A stretch of DNA of 64,000 nucleotides from Candidatus Nanoarchaeia archaeon (lineage in GTDB: Archaea; Nanobdellota; Nanobdellia; WJKC01), in assembly GCA_041653515.1 (NCBI GenBank), contig JBAZFG010000002.1, forward strand, positions 125,632 through 189,631, in the 5' to 3' direction. The notes below the pieces were generated by a model. The model made no database searches and was not told the origin of the DNA. It saw only the letters and a program-made list of their open reading frames with translations. Positions 29,615 through 39,121 of this stretch are shown one piece after another. The position numbers and the translations under genes were made by a program. Numbering within the stretch: the stretch's first letter is position 1; every line of letters starts with the position of its first letter.

Positions 29615-31162
29615 ATGTATTTTAAGGAGCATCAATTGTTTTACTTGTTTCTCGCTGTGTTCACTCTTTTTTCTTTGTTTAATATTGATTTTACTCACTT
29701 GAATTCTGATGAGGGTTCTTATGCTTTGACTGCTGTGTTCTTTAATCGGTTGGTTGGTGATTGGCTGGCTAATCCTACAATTGACCCGTCTGCGTTGTTC
29801 TCTTACGCTAAAGCTTACTACGTGTTCTACCCTAAGTTCATGTTCCTTAATGGCCCGTTGCTTAATTTGATTAACGCGCCAATCTCTTTCTCGCCGCTAC
29901 TGATGAAGTTGGTCACGCTTGCGTTCTCTATTGGCACTATCATTGTTTTGTATCATTTTGTGTTATTATTCTTTAAGAAGGAGCCTGACGCACCACAACT
30001 TGCTTTATTGTCTGCTGTCCTGACTGCTACTTCCAGCGTCTTTTTTTATTCATCTATCACTATCATGCTTGACGTGCCGAGTATTTTCTTTTTTGTGCTC
30101 GCTTTGTTCTTGTTTTTTAAGAATAAGCCTTTGTTGACTGGTTTGTGTCTTGGCTTGAGTGTTTTGATGAAGGATGTTGCCCTGCCTTACGTGGCTATTT
30201 TCTGCTTGCTTATTATTAGGGATTTCCGCAAGCAGTGGAAGTTATTCCTCATGCTTGGCTTGTCATTGTTGCCTTATATTATTTTGATTGCTGCTTCTGG
30301 CGGGCTTGACATTTTTGCCCAATACCCTGCAAAACAATTATGGTATGTTGAGCGTCAGGGCGACCCTCAGTGGTATGATTTGTCCGGCTGGCTTTATTAC
30401 TGGCAGACTATTGTGGCTAATTATTCATTAGTGGTCCTGCCGTTCCTGTTCTTTGGTATGTATTACGCTTACAAGAGTGGCCATGGTTTCATAGTCTTAT
30501 TCATCTTATTATCATTCTTAGTTGTTACTCTTATGAGTGATAAGGCTGAGCGCCGAGTGCTTAACTCAGTGATGTTCTTGTCGCCGTTGATTGCTTTGGG
30601 CGCGGCCCGTTTTTATAATCATATTAAGTCACCTAATAGTCGTTTCTTATTATTGTTCATAATCACTTTGATGTTAGTGGTTCAACTGCCGTTGTTTAAT
30701 CAGCATCTTAGCGTGCCAATGGCTGAGGTGGCTATTGATTTGGTTAATGATTGTCCTGACTGCACTGTGTTAATTGCAAGCGAGACTGGTAATGCTTACT
30801 CTAGTTTCTTAATGTATGAGTCATTAATCCGTGATGAGAACGTGTCTTTGCGTTTCATCAGGCCGGCTGTGTTTGAGTCAATGAGCGCGCTTGAAGTGAT
30901 TAATTCTGAGCGCGTTAATCGCGTTGTAGTGATTGGTGATTTTGATTACTTATGGGCTAATTATGATTACCCTGTTTACTTGCCTCAGATTAATTTCATT
31001 GTTAACCGCTATCAGTTAATCAAGGCTTATGAGTCTGATGTTGTGGGCCACATCTTTGTTTTTGATACTGGTATCACTGACCATAAGGCTTTGCCGTTGT
31101 GCGTCTCGTCGCCGTCACTGGGTTCATCGTTTTGCACTGATGCTAAGCCTTCTTTTGCATAA
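29615..31162 (+). CDS. GT-C fold membrane glycosyltransferase (ArnT/PMT, GT39/83-like)
   Basis: Multi-TM; first-loop 'NSDEGSYALTAVFF' acidic DE motif typical of the ArnT/PMT family. Confidence 0.5.
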   Translation: MYFKEHQLFYLFLAVFTLFSLFNIDFTHLNSDEGSYALTAVFFNRLVGDWLANPTIDPSALFSYAKAYYVFYPKFMFLNGPLLNLINAPISFSPLLMKLVTLAFSIGTIIVLYHFVLLFFKKEPDAPQLALLSAVLTATSSVFFYSSITIMLDVPSIFFFVLALFLFFKNKPLLTGLCLGLSVLMKDVALPYVAIFCLLIIRDFRKQWKLFLMLGLSLLPYIILIAASGGLDIFAQYPAKQLWYVERQGDPQWYDLSGWLYYWQTIVANYSLVVLPFLFFGMYYAYKSGHGFIVLFILLSFLVVTLMSDKAERRVLNSVMFLSPLIALGAARFYNHIKSPNSRFLLLFIITLMLVVQLPLFNQHLSVPMAEVAIDLVNDCPDCTVLIASETGNAYSSFLMYESLIRDENVSLRFIRPAVFESMSALEVINSERVNRVVVIGDFDYLWANYDYPVYLPQINFIVNRYQLIKAYESDVVGHIFVFDTGITDHKALPLCVSSPSLGSSFCTDAKPSFA

Positions 31163-31183
31163 TATTTAAAAGATAGTTATTAT

Positions 31184-32422
31184 TTGAATTTTTTCGTGAA
31201 GATTGTTATTCTGGGCGCTGGGTTGACTGGCTTAGCTGCTAGTCAGTTATTATCTCATGAGCATGACGTGCTCGTTCTTGAGAAGGGTGACCAGCCCGGT
31301 GGGTTAGCTGCTAGTTTTCGCCAGGATGGTTTTGACATCCCGTTCTTTTATCATCACGTGTTCAAGCAGGAGCTTGTTACGCAGGATTACTTAGCTAAGG
31401 CAGGTATTATTATTAATAATTGGTCTAAGGTTCGGATGGGCATTAATGTTGGTGAGGGCACTGTTAATTTCTCTAACCCGCTTGAATTAATTAAATGGCC
31501 TTATTTATCATTTGGTGGCCGCATTCGTTTTGGCTTGTTTGGCGCTCAATTCTTCATGCCGCAGAACTGGTCTCGGTTGAGGGGTGTTAATGCTGAGGCT
31601 TGGCTTTTAAAAGCAGCTGGTAATGAAGTGACTAGTAAGATTTTTGCGCCGTTAATGTTTAACAAGTTTGGCATGCCTCTTAGTAAGATTAGTGCTGAGT
31701 GGTTAGCAACTCGGTTGGCTGCTCGTGAGGCTCAGAGTTTCTTTGGTTACCCTAAGGGTGGTGTGGCTCGTTTGGTTGATTACTTGGTTAAGGATAATAA
31801 CTCGCAGATTATCCTGAAGGCGCGTTTATCTGGTGTTGACTTGAAAGCTAAGACTGTATCCTATAATGGTAAGAAAGTCAAGTATGATGTGTTAATTAAT
31901 ACTATTCCGATGCCTGTGTTCTTGCCGTTAGTTAGTGGTTTGCCTGATAAGTTGCGCAAGCAGTGGTCGCGCGTTAAGTTCATTAAGCATTTGAGTTTGG
32001 TCGTGGCTCATGATAAGTTGTTGGAGGATTTTTATTGGATTAATGTTTTTGGCAAGGATTTTGGTGGCATTATCCAGCATTCTTATTTGAATGATGCTTA
32101 CCCGTTCAAGTTATCGTTCGTGTTTAGTTACGCGCCTAGTGACGCTATTTGGGGTTTGTCTGATAAAGCGGTTCAGTCTTTGTTCCTGAAGCGACTTAAG
32201 GAGTTATACCCTCACGTCAAGCCTAAGTGGTCTAGGGTTACTCGCGCAATCTATGCTGACCCTTTCTGTGATGAAGCGTATAAGTCTTATCGGCCTGATT
32301 ACGAGACTGGCGTTAAGGGTTTTTATAATGCTGGCATCCAAGTCACTAGTCCTGATTACATGCGAAGCATGAATAATTCACTGCTAAGCGGTCAGACGAT
32401 TGCAAAGAAAGTGTTAGGGTAG
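31184..32422 (+). CDS. FAD-dependent oxidoreductase, UDP-galactopyranose-mutase/amine-oxidase-like
   Basis: N-terminal 'IVILGAGLTGLAASQLL...VLVLEKGDQPGGLAAS' dinucleotide-binding fold. Confidence 0.5.
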   Translation: MNFFVKIVILGAGLTGLAASQLLSHEHDVLVLEKGDQPGGLAASFRQDGFDIPFFYHHVFKQELVTQDYLAKAGIIINNWSKVRMGINVGEGTVNFSNPLELIKWPYLSFGGRIRFGLFGAQFFMPQNWSRLRGVNAEAWLLKAAGNEVTSKIFAPLMFNKFGMPLSKISAEWLATRLAAREAQSFFGYPKGGVARLVDYLVKDNNSQIILKARLSGVDLKAKTVSYNGKKVKYDVLINTIPMPVFLPLVSGLPDKLRKQWSRVKFIKHLSLVVAHDKLLEDFYWINVFGKDFGGIIQHSYLNDAYPFKLSFVFSYAPSDAIWGLSDKAVQSLFLKRLKELYPHVKPKWSRVTRAIYADPFCDEAYKSYRPDYETGVKGFYNAGIQVTSPDYMRSMNNSLLSGQTIAKKVLG

Positions 32423-32457
32423 TAAATCTTTTATTAGCTTGCTTCCTTTATTCTATT

Positions 32458-32775
32458 ATGCGTTACTTGCCCTTGCTTGGTTTGTTGTTGATTCTTGGTT
32501 GCACTAGTGTTGATGAGTGTAACTCAGGCGATGCTTGCACTGATTTTGAGTGTCAGGTGACTAATTGTTGGTGCGCTCATGAAGGGGTTTTATATGAGTC
32601 AGGGGTTATGGTGGTTAGTAATGTTACTGCGGCGAGCGTTGTTAGTGATTACCTTGGCGTTAGTGTTGACCGCGCGGTCAGTATTAGTGATGACTTCTAT
32701 AACGTGTTCGTTGAAGATGAAGCTTATACAGTGTATAAGGATGGAACAATAATAATGACTCAATGCGGCGTTTAA
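32458..32775 (+). CDS. small secreted Cys-rich protein (possible lipoprotein)
   Basis: Signal peptide 'MRYLPLLGLLLILGC' with a lipobox-like LGC; seven Cys. Confidence 0.3.
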   Translation: MRYLPLLGLLLILGCTSVDECNSGDACTDFECQVTNCWCAHEGVLYESGVMVVSNVTAASVVSDYLGVSVDRAVSISDDFYNVFVEDEAYTVYKDGTIIMTQCGV

Positions 32776-32818
32776 ACTTTAAGACCGCCTCTTCTGTTGC
32801 TTTAGCGAAGGCGTGGTC

Positions 32819-33880
32819 TTATACTTTTAACCCACCACGTCTGCATAATGGCCTGTATAGTGTTTTTAGCCAGCTGTTCTGGCAGACGTTCTTGGCGTAT
32901 TTCTTGCCGTGCAGGTTGTACCAGATGATTGTGTTATAGATCGTGGCGCCCCAGGCTGGTATCTTGAATATTGGTGTGTCAAAGATTAACCATTTGAGGC
33001 CTGGCACTTTCCTCAAGCTCATCTCTAGTAAAAATATTGGTTGTGAGTTGGCTTTAGGAGGCTTGAATGGGTCAGTGTAGAATTTATCCCCGATAATCTC
33101 GTATTTCATCTCACCCACACCCATCTCTTGAGCATTAATGAGCATTTTATTATCATCTGTTGGTAAGCCCATGAAATTACTGCCTGCAGTGTCAATTGAT
33201 ACTCGGTCGTGGCTAGCCATTATTAAGTCGCATTGTTTTGGCACGCCTGTGCGTGGCGCGTTGCCTTCCATGACCATTGTAACATCCATGACTGCGAACT
33301 GGATTTTCTTTAAGTAAGCGTTAATGTCAGCAATACACTGATTAGCCCTAGTGTGGTATTGGTGTCTGACTCGTGGCACAATGCCCCACTGGTTCTTTAA
33401 GCCGCCGGTTAATCGGGTTAAGCAGTGAGTTTTTAGTATTGGCAGTGTGATTATGACATCAGCGTCAACAACTGTTTTAGGTAAGTCCAGTTCCTTGAAT
33501 ACTTTGCCACCAACCTTGACTTTAACCATCTTATCCTTGCTAAGGTTGATGAATGGCGCGTTGTATTTCTCGCCTAATTGTTTGAAACCCCATGCTTGGA
33601 TTGCTTCATCCAAGTGCTCTGATGCTGCTAGGTCAGCGTCGCCCATAGTGATTTGGGCTTTAGGCAATTCTTTTCTTATCTTCATTAAGACTGCCTCAAC
33701 CACCCAAGGACTGGTGCACTGGCCAGGCACTACTTGGTTGCTCATAGCATTAACTTTAAGGAATATCTTATTGCCTTTAACGTATTTTTTCCAGTCAGCT
33801 AATTCCATTGCGCGCCAAACTGTCTCGAACACGCCTGTACGGCTTCTCTTCTTGATTTTACAGAAAGCTACTTTACTCAT
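32819..33880 (-). CDS. DUF362 domain protein
   Basis: Aligns with the N-terminal two-thirds of 22255..23286, e.g. 'VKGNKIFLKVN'/'VKGKRVIIKPN' and 'LPILKTHCLT'/'FAKMKTHALT'. Confidence 0.5.
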   Translation of the reverse strand: MSKVAFCKIKKRSRTGVFETVWRAMELADWKKYVKGNKIFLKVNAMSNQVVPGQCTSPWVVEAVLMKIRKELPKAQITMGDADLAASEHLDEAIQAWGFKQLGEKYNAPFINLSKDKMVKVKVGGKVFKELDLPKTVVDADVIITLPILKTHCLTRLTGGLKNQWGIVPRVRHQYHTRANQCIADINAYLKKIQFAVMDVTMVMEGNAPRTGVPKQCDLIMASHDRVSIDTAGSNFMGLPTDDNKMLINAQEMGVGEMKYEIIGDKFYTDPFKPPKANSQPIFLLEMSLRKVPGLKWLIFDTPIFKIPAWGATIYNTIIWYNLHGKKYAKNVCQNSWLKTLYRPLCRRGGLKV

Positions 33881-33958
33881 TATTAAGAAACCTTCACTGG
33901 CGAACTGTTTATTAATTTTTCTATACTATACGCTTTTAAATTAATCTTTCATTAGTTT

Positions 33959-35506
33959 TTGTTAATGCTAGATAAGTTATGGCAGTACGTAGTTGATAAT
34001 AAAGCGTTCTTCATAGTTATTCCATTAATATTGTTATGGACTCGTTTTGATTACGAGTCTTTTGCGATGAGCGTGACCCCGTTTGGCGTGCCGTTAGATG
34101 ATGCTTATATTGGTTATCAGTTCGCGCGCAACTTTGCTCAGGGCAGAGTATTAGAATATAATGTTGGCGAGCAGACTACTGGCGCGTCAACCTTGTTATG
34201 GCCTTTGGTGATGGCATTGATTTACTTATTGACTGGTTACTTATACCCTAATTACGTGATTGCTTTTCTAGTCATATCAAAAGTCACTGCCACAATCCTT
34301 TACTTCTTGTCAATCACTGGCATTTATTATTTGAGCCAGAAGTATTATTTCAAGAATAAGTTTGCTAGCGTGATGCTCTGCTCGTTCCTTGCTTTAGAGT
34401 TGCACATGCTTTGGGGCACGCTGAGTGGGATGGAGATGTCATTGTTTGCTTTCCTAATAACGTTCATGCTGATTGCTTTGCGTGAGAATAAGATTAAGCT
34501 TGGCGCAGTGCTTGGTGGTTTGATTGGTTTAACAAGACCTGAGGGCATGGTTTTGTACCCTGGGTTAATTCTCTTATTATTCTTCTTTAAGTTAGTTAAG
34601 ACTAAGAAAATAGTTTTTAGGGAAGTTAAAGAATTATTATTGCAATTAATTATTTTTGTTGTGATAATGATCCCTTGGCCAATCCTTAATTACATGATTT
34701 CAGGCAAGCCTTTGCCAGCGACTTTTTACATGAAAGGCGGCGTGGTTAGTCTTGCTAATTTGTTGGGTGGTTTCACGTTCGTGTTTGACGTGCTTAATTT
34801 GTTTGGCAGTGATTACGCTTTGTCATTATTATTCGTGGCTGGCGTGATTATTTATTTTGCGCTGAAGAAAGAGTTCAGTCCTGAGGCCTTACTTGCTATA
34901 ATCTTCATGGTTCTTTACGGCACAGCAATCCCTAACCTGACTGGTTTTGGTCGTTATTACATGCCTGTTTTCCCAATAATCGCTTTGGTTGCTTTCTACT
35001 CATTCAAGTTAATTGAGGGTGTTTTACCTTCTAAGTTTAAGAAGTTTGGTTCAGCGTTATTAATGCTCGTGCCAATGATAATAATCACTGTTGTGGCTTC
35101 ACCAATGGCTAATTATCAATTAAGTAATTATGATGTTTGGAAACAAGTTTATGGACATAACGTTTATAGTATTAATCATTTTGAGGTGGCAATGGCTTAC
35201 TGGTTGATTGATAATTCACAAATAACTGATGTTGTTGGCACTTGTGATATTGGTGCGCCTAGTTTTATTGCTAACCGCTACTTGGTTGATGTGTTTGGTT
35301 TGATTGGGCCTGAGGTCAGGTCTTGGAATGGAACTTATGATAGTTACTTGCGTTATCGCAACGTTACTTATTATATTGATTACCCTGCTAACGCTAATGA
35401 TAAAGTTAAGGCTAATTGCACTATTGTTTACAATACTACTTACTTGTCAATGATTACTATTACTGCCGGTTACCAGATGGCTATCTATAAATGCGAGTGG
35501 CTTTAA
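33959..35506 (+). CDS. polytopic membrane protein, GT-C-like
   Basis: About 12 TM helices; 'PLDDAYIGYQFARN' acidic loop motif near the N-terminus. Confidence 0.4.
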   Translation: MLMLDKLWQYVVDNKAFFIVIPLILLWTRFDYESFAMSVTPFGVPLDDAYIGYQFARNFAQGRVLEYNVGEQTTGASTLLWPLVMALIYLLTGYLYPNYVIAFLVISKVTATILYFLSITGIYYLSQKYYFKNKFASVMLCSFLALELHMLWGTLSGMEMSLFAFLITFMLIALRENKIKLGAVLGGLIGLTRPEGMVLYPGLILLLFFFKLVKTKKIVFREVKELLLQLIIFVVIMIPWPILNYMISGKPLPATFYMKGGVVSLANLLGGFTFVFDVLNLFGSDYALSLLFVAGVIIYFALKKEFSPEALLAIIFMVLYGTAIPNLTGFGRYYMPVFPIIALVAFYSFKLIEGVLPSKFKKFGSALLMLVPMIIITVVASPMANYQLSNYDVWKQVYGHNVYSINHFEVAMAYWLIDNSQITDVVGTCDIGAPSFIANRYLVDVFGLIGPEVRSWNGTYDSYLRYRNVTYYIDYPANANDKVKANCTIVYNTTYLSMITITAGYQMAIYKCEWL

Positions 35507-36897
35507 GCAGAGTTATTAATGTAGAATACTATTAGTTGCGCTTGAGCTGCTGATGGGTATGCTTTGATTGGCATGATGAACGAGTAGTTAAGAGTGTAAG
35601 CATAAGCAGGGTATTGTTCGTAAGCGCTGATAACTAGGAATGAGTAATTACTTACTTGTTGGAGGAATAATTCTTCAGTGGCTGGGAACGCGTCAACTGT
35701 TTTCTCGCTGTAATAAGTTAGTTGTGGCACGCTGTTAGCCATGACGTTGCCTTCGTAAGGCAGTAAGAACTCGCCTGCTTGCTTGACATATAAGTATGAA
35801 TCCTTAGCATTATTAATGCTTGTTAACCCTGTTGGCAGGTTCTCAATAATAATGATTATTGTTATTATCGCTAACGCGTAATTAATGATTTGCTTGTTTT
35901 TACTCACGTAACTAATAATGAAGCTTGCGCCAAGAATAGCTGATAAGCAAGCAAAAGGCAGTAAGTGTATTAGGAACCTAACTTCTTTGACGCTGGTTAA
36001 CAATGAGTAGAACGCTAAGTAAATGAATAAATTAAGTGCTATGAACTGCACTTTCTTATTCTTTAATTTGAAGATGATTGGTATGATGCCAATGAACACT
36101 AGTAAACCCATTAATATACCATAATTAAACAGCATGCTAGTTATGTAATAGAACATGTCACCTGCTTGCGCTCCACCAGTCGCGTTAACATTAAATGATA
36201 GGAATGATAGTGGCGTGTATACTGGGTTGTTGAATACTATGATGTCATAAATCATTAGTGGCGCGTAACCGATTAACGCGCCAAACAACCAATAATAATC
36301 CTTTAATTTTTTCTCTTTATTAATTAATGAGTAAGCAAGGTATACTACGCTCCCAATTATTGCCGTGAACTTAATACTAGCTGCTAAACCCAATAATAAA
36401 CCACTAGGCAACCGCTTGCCTTTAATGAATAATAACGCGCTTAGCACTAATAGGAACGCGCTTGGCACATCAATAGTGAACCGTAGTGACCAGTAAAGGA
36501 AGACCCATTGAAAACACATTATTAACCCTGTAATAATCCCATACTTCTCGCCTAATAATTCCTTACCTAAGTAATAAGACGCGATTGTTAAGCCCAACCC
36601 GAATAAGATGTTAATGAACCTGATTACTAATTCATTATAACCAAAAGGCAATGATAACCCATATAATATTGCTGGGTAAACGATTGACCTGCCATCCCAC
36701 CAACCAGTTGTTGGCGTGCCAATAAACAAGCTTTTAGTCATCACTAAGTATTGAGCCTCATCCCACCAGACAGTGCTATAAGCACTAATTAATGGCAGTC
36801 TTGTTATCAGGAAGACCGCACTGATTAAACCAACCCAGAAGTACTTATTATTCACTAAATCCTTTAAGTTAATCTCGTCATTATCATTCATATTCAA
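35503..36897 (-). CDS. GT-C fold membrane glycosyltransferase (ArnT/PMT-like)
   Basis: 'WWDEAQYLVMTKS' DE motif in the first loop; multi-TM. Confidence 0.5.
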   Translation of the reverse strand: MNMNDNDEINLKDLVNNKYFWVGLISAVFLITRLPLISAYSTVWWDEAQYLVMTKSLFIGTPTTGWWDGRSIVYPAILYGLSLPFGYNELVIRFINILFGLGLTIASYYLGKELLGEKYGIITGLIMCFQWVFLYWSLRFTIDVPSAFLLVLSALLFIKGKRLPSGLLLGLAASIKFTAIIGSVVYLAYSLINKEKKLKDYYWLFGALIGYAPLMIYDIIVFNNPVYTPLSFLSFNVNATGGAQAGDMFYYITSMLFNYGILMGLLVFIGIIPIIFKLKNKKVQFIALNLFIYLAFYSLLTSVKEVRFLIHLLPFACLSAILGASFIISYVSKNKQIINYALAIITIIIIIENLPTGLTSINNAKDSYLYVKQAGEFLLPYEGNVMANSVPQLTYYSEKTVDAFPATEELFLQQVSNYSFLVISAYEQYPAYAYTLNYSFIMPIKAYPSAAQAQLIVFYINNSA

Positions 36898-36945
36898 TCA
36901 CTTCTTTATTATTAATAGTCATTCTTAGTTAATAGTTTTAACCTT

Positions 36946-38328
36946 TTAGTTTAAGAGAATCTTTGAAGGTTTAAAGAAATTATTCAGAATGTTCCTAATA
37001 GGTGCTTCCCTGTGTGAGATATTATTGAATATATAAGCTAGTTTGGTAAAGTCTATTAACTCATCGAATGGAATCTTTTCTTTCAGCAGGTAAGTGCCTT
37101 TCCTAATCATGTTGTCATAATCAAGCCATTCCATTGGTTTGATAACACCTTTCTTCTTGAGTAATTCATAATAATCTGCGCCAGGGTCAGGGGTAAATAC
37201 GTAGAAATGAGCAAAGTTAGTTTTATTCTTAATGGCAAAATTAATTGTTTTAATTATAGAATCCCTTGTTTCACCTGGTGCCCCAATGATGTGGCTTGCA
37301 CTAATTTCTATACCAAAAGCCTTTAATTTTTCAATACCTTGGCTTATCTGCCTGATTGTTAAGCATTTGTTCATTGACTTAAGTATTTCATCATCCCCTG
37401 ATTCAACCCCAACAAAAGCTCTCTTGTAACCTGTTTTATGCATTATATTGAGCAAGTCATTATTTATTGTGTCAAGCCGAGTGTTACTGCCCCATGTGAT
37501 GTCAAGTTTTTCTTTTTTAATTAGACTTGTGAATTCAGTGATAAACTTATGATTAGCTGTCATTGTATCATCATAAAACATAATCTTATTGGATTTAGTG
37601 ACGTCAATAACCTGTTTTATTTCATTGATAACACTTGATGGGCTTCTAAAATTAACCTTTTTTCCAAACATTTTTTTAGAAGCACAAAACTTGCAACCAA
37701 AAGGGCATCCTCTTGAAGCTATTAATACATTATAAGTATCTTCTGCCCCAAGTTTTCTATGATTACTTGGTTTGTATTTATCTAATGGGAATAAATCTCT
37801 GGCTGGGAAAGGCAGGTCATTCAGGTCAGTACTGGTTGGTTTTGTGGGGTTTAGGATGATCTTCTTGCCTTTTTTGAATACAATACCATTAACCTCTTCT
37901 AACCTTTGGTTAGCCAGTATCTTAACAATGGTTTCTTCTCCTTCACCTAGCACGCCTATATCAAAACAGTTTAATGAAATGGTTTCTAAAGGTTCTGATG
38001 TGATGTGAATGCCGCCTAGAATTATCTTTGCATTAGTTTTTGATTTTATTTCACTGGCTATCTTAATCGTATTCTTCATAAGAGGGGTTGTTGATGTAAG
38101 ACCTATAAACTTAATGTCCTTTGAGTTAATCCTTTTTATTACATCCTCAATAGTGAATTCTTCAACATTTAAGTCAAGGCATTCAACCCTATAACCTGCT
38201 TTTCTTACGCTTGCGGCAATGTATGCTAGTCCAAGGGGTAAGCTTACTGTTTGGTTTTCCTGTCTTGAGATGTTGAAATGTTTTTTTTCAAAAAAATCTT
38301 TTTGCGGGGGATTAATGAGCAATAACAT
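36946..38328 (-). CDS. B12-binding-domain radical SAM protein (class B rSAM)
   Basis: 'SRGCPFGCKFCAS'; N-terminal 'LPLGLAYIAASVRKAGYRVECLD'; paralog of 181..1704. Confidence 0.7.
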   Translation of the reverse strand: MLLLINPPQKDFFEKKHFNISRQENQTVSLPLGLAYIAASVRKAGYRVECLDLNVEEFTIEDVIKRINSKDIKFIGLTSTTPLMKNTIKIASEIKSKTNAKIILGGIHITSEPLETISLNCFDIGVLGEGEETIVKILANQRLEEVNGIVFKKGKKIILNPTKPTSTDLNDLPFPARDLFPLDKYKPSNHRKLGAEDTYNVLIASRGCPFGCKFCASKKMFGKKVNFRSPSSVINEIKQVIDVTKSNKIMFYDDTMTANHKFITEFTSLIKKEKLDITWGSNTRLDTINNDLLNIMHKTGYKRAFVGVESGDDEILKSMNKCLTIRQISQGIEKLKAFGIEISASHIIGAPGETRDSIIKTINFAIKNKTNFAHFYVFTPDPGADYYELLKKKGVIKPMEWLDYDNMIRKGTYLLKEKIPFDELIDFTKLAYIFNNISHREAPIRNILNNFFKPSKILLN

Positions 38329-38417
38329 ACTAGAAATTAGTTTAATTAGTATTATAAGACTTTTTTAAAATTTTTTTAGAATCATAAAATTTATTTTATA
38401 AAAACTCTAAAGATGAA

Positions 38418-38573
38418 ATGCGTAAGTACAAGCCAAAGTATTTGTACTTAATTAAACAATTAAAAGATAGAGGTGTTGTGCATACTAAAATAAGGAGTGA
38501 TAAACAGTTATGCATTAAGTTAACACCTACTGGTCATTTTCTGTTAAAAATTTTGAACAAAGCGGGTAATTAA
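38418..38573 (+). CDS. small (51 aa) putative winged-helix DNA-binding protein
   Basis: Below the 60-aa ORF cut-off; 'MRKYKPKYLYLIKQLKDRGVVHTKIRSDKQLCIKLTPTGHFLLKILNKAGN'; TATA-like 'TTTATAAAA' ~25 nt upstream. Confidence 0.25.
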   Translation: MRKYKPKYLYLIKQLKDRGVVHTKIRSDKQLCIKLTPTGHFLLKILNKAGN

Positions 38574-38986
38574 TTCCGTATTAAATTGATGAAATCAATT
38601 ATACCTGGTAATAACTCGTCTTCCTTTAATTTATTAATTTCAATCCATTTTAGGTCCTTTGTTTTATGGTCATCAAGGTTTGGTTGCCCGCTGATTAATT
38701 GTGATTCATAGCATAGTACAATAACGTGTTTTCTATGGTCAGGGTAATCCCATATATTTGTATGAACATATGGAATCATTTGTTTTGGTTTAACAATATA
38801 ACCTGTTTCTTCTAATACTTCTCTGGCCACAGCATCTTCAGGTTTCTCGCCAAAATCAATTTTTCCACCTGGTAATTCCCATTTTAAATGCGCGCCCGGC
38901 ATAATTTCTTCATCCCTTAGTAAAAGTAGTATTTCATTACCTCTTTTAATTAGGGCTGTCGCGACAATAATTATTTGGTCATTCAT
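38570..38986 (-). CDS. NUDIX hydrolase
   Basis: Nudix box 'GGKIDFGEKPEDAVAREVLEETGY'. Confidence 0.7.
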   Translation of the reverse strand: MNDQIIIVATALIKRGNEILLLLRDEEIMPGAHLKWELPGGKIDFGEKPEDAVAREVLEETGYIVKPKQMIPYVHTNIWDYPDHRKHVIVLCYESQLISGQPNLDDHKTKDLKWIEINKLKEDELLPGIIDFINLIRN

Positions 38987-39121
38987 GAATTAAAAATTAC
39001 CAGATAATCCATTAAGTATTTTGTGATTACCTTTTTTAAATTTGATGTTGGTCAGTGATGATTAAACCAACCCAGAAGTACTTATTATTCATTAGGTCTT
39101 TTAGGTTTATTTCATCTTCAT

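Noticed and set aside
32458-32775. Cys-rich 105-aa ORF as a possible toxin, bacteriocin or other novel effector
   Set aside because: Only a signal peptide/lipobox and cysteine content are visible and no family can be assigned. It is kept as a low-confidence CDS only.
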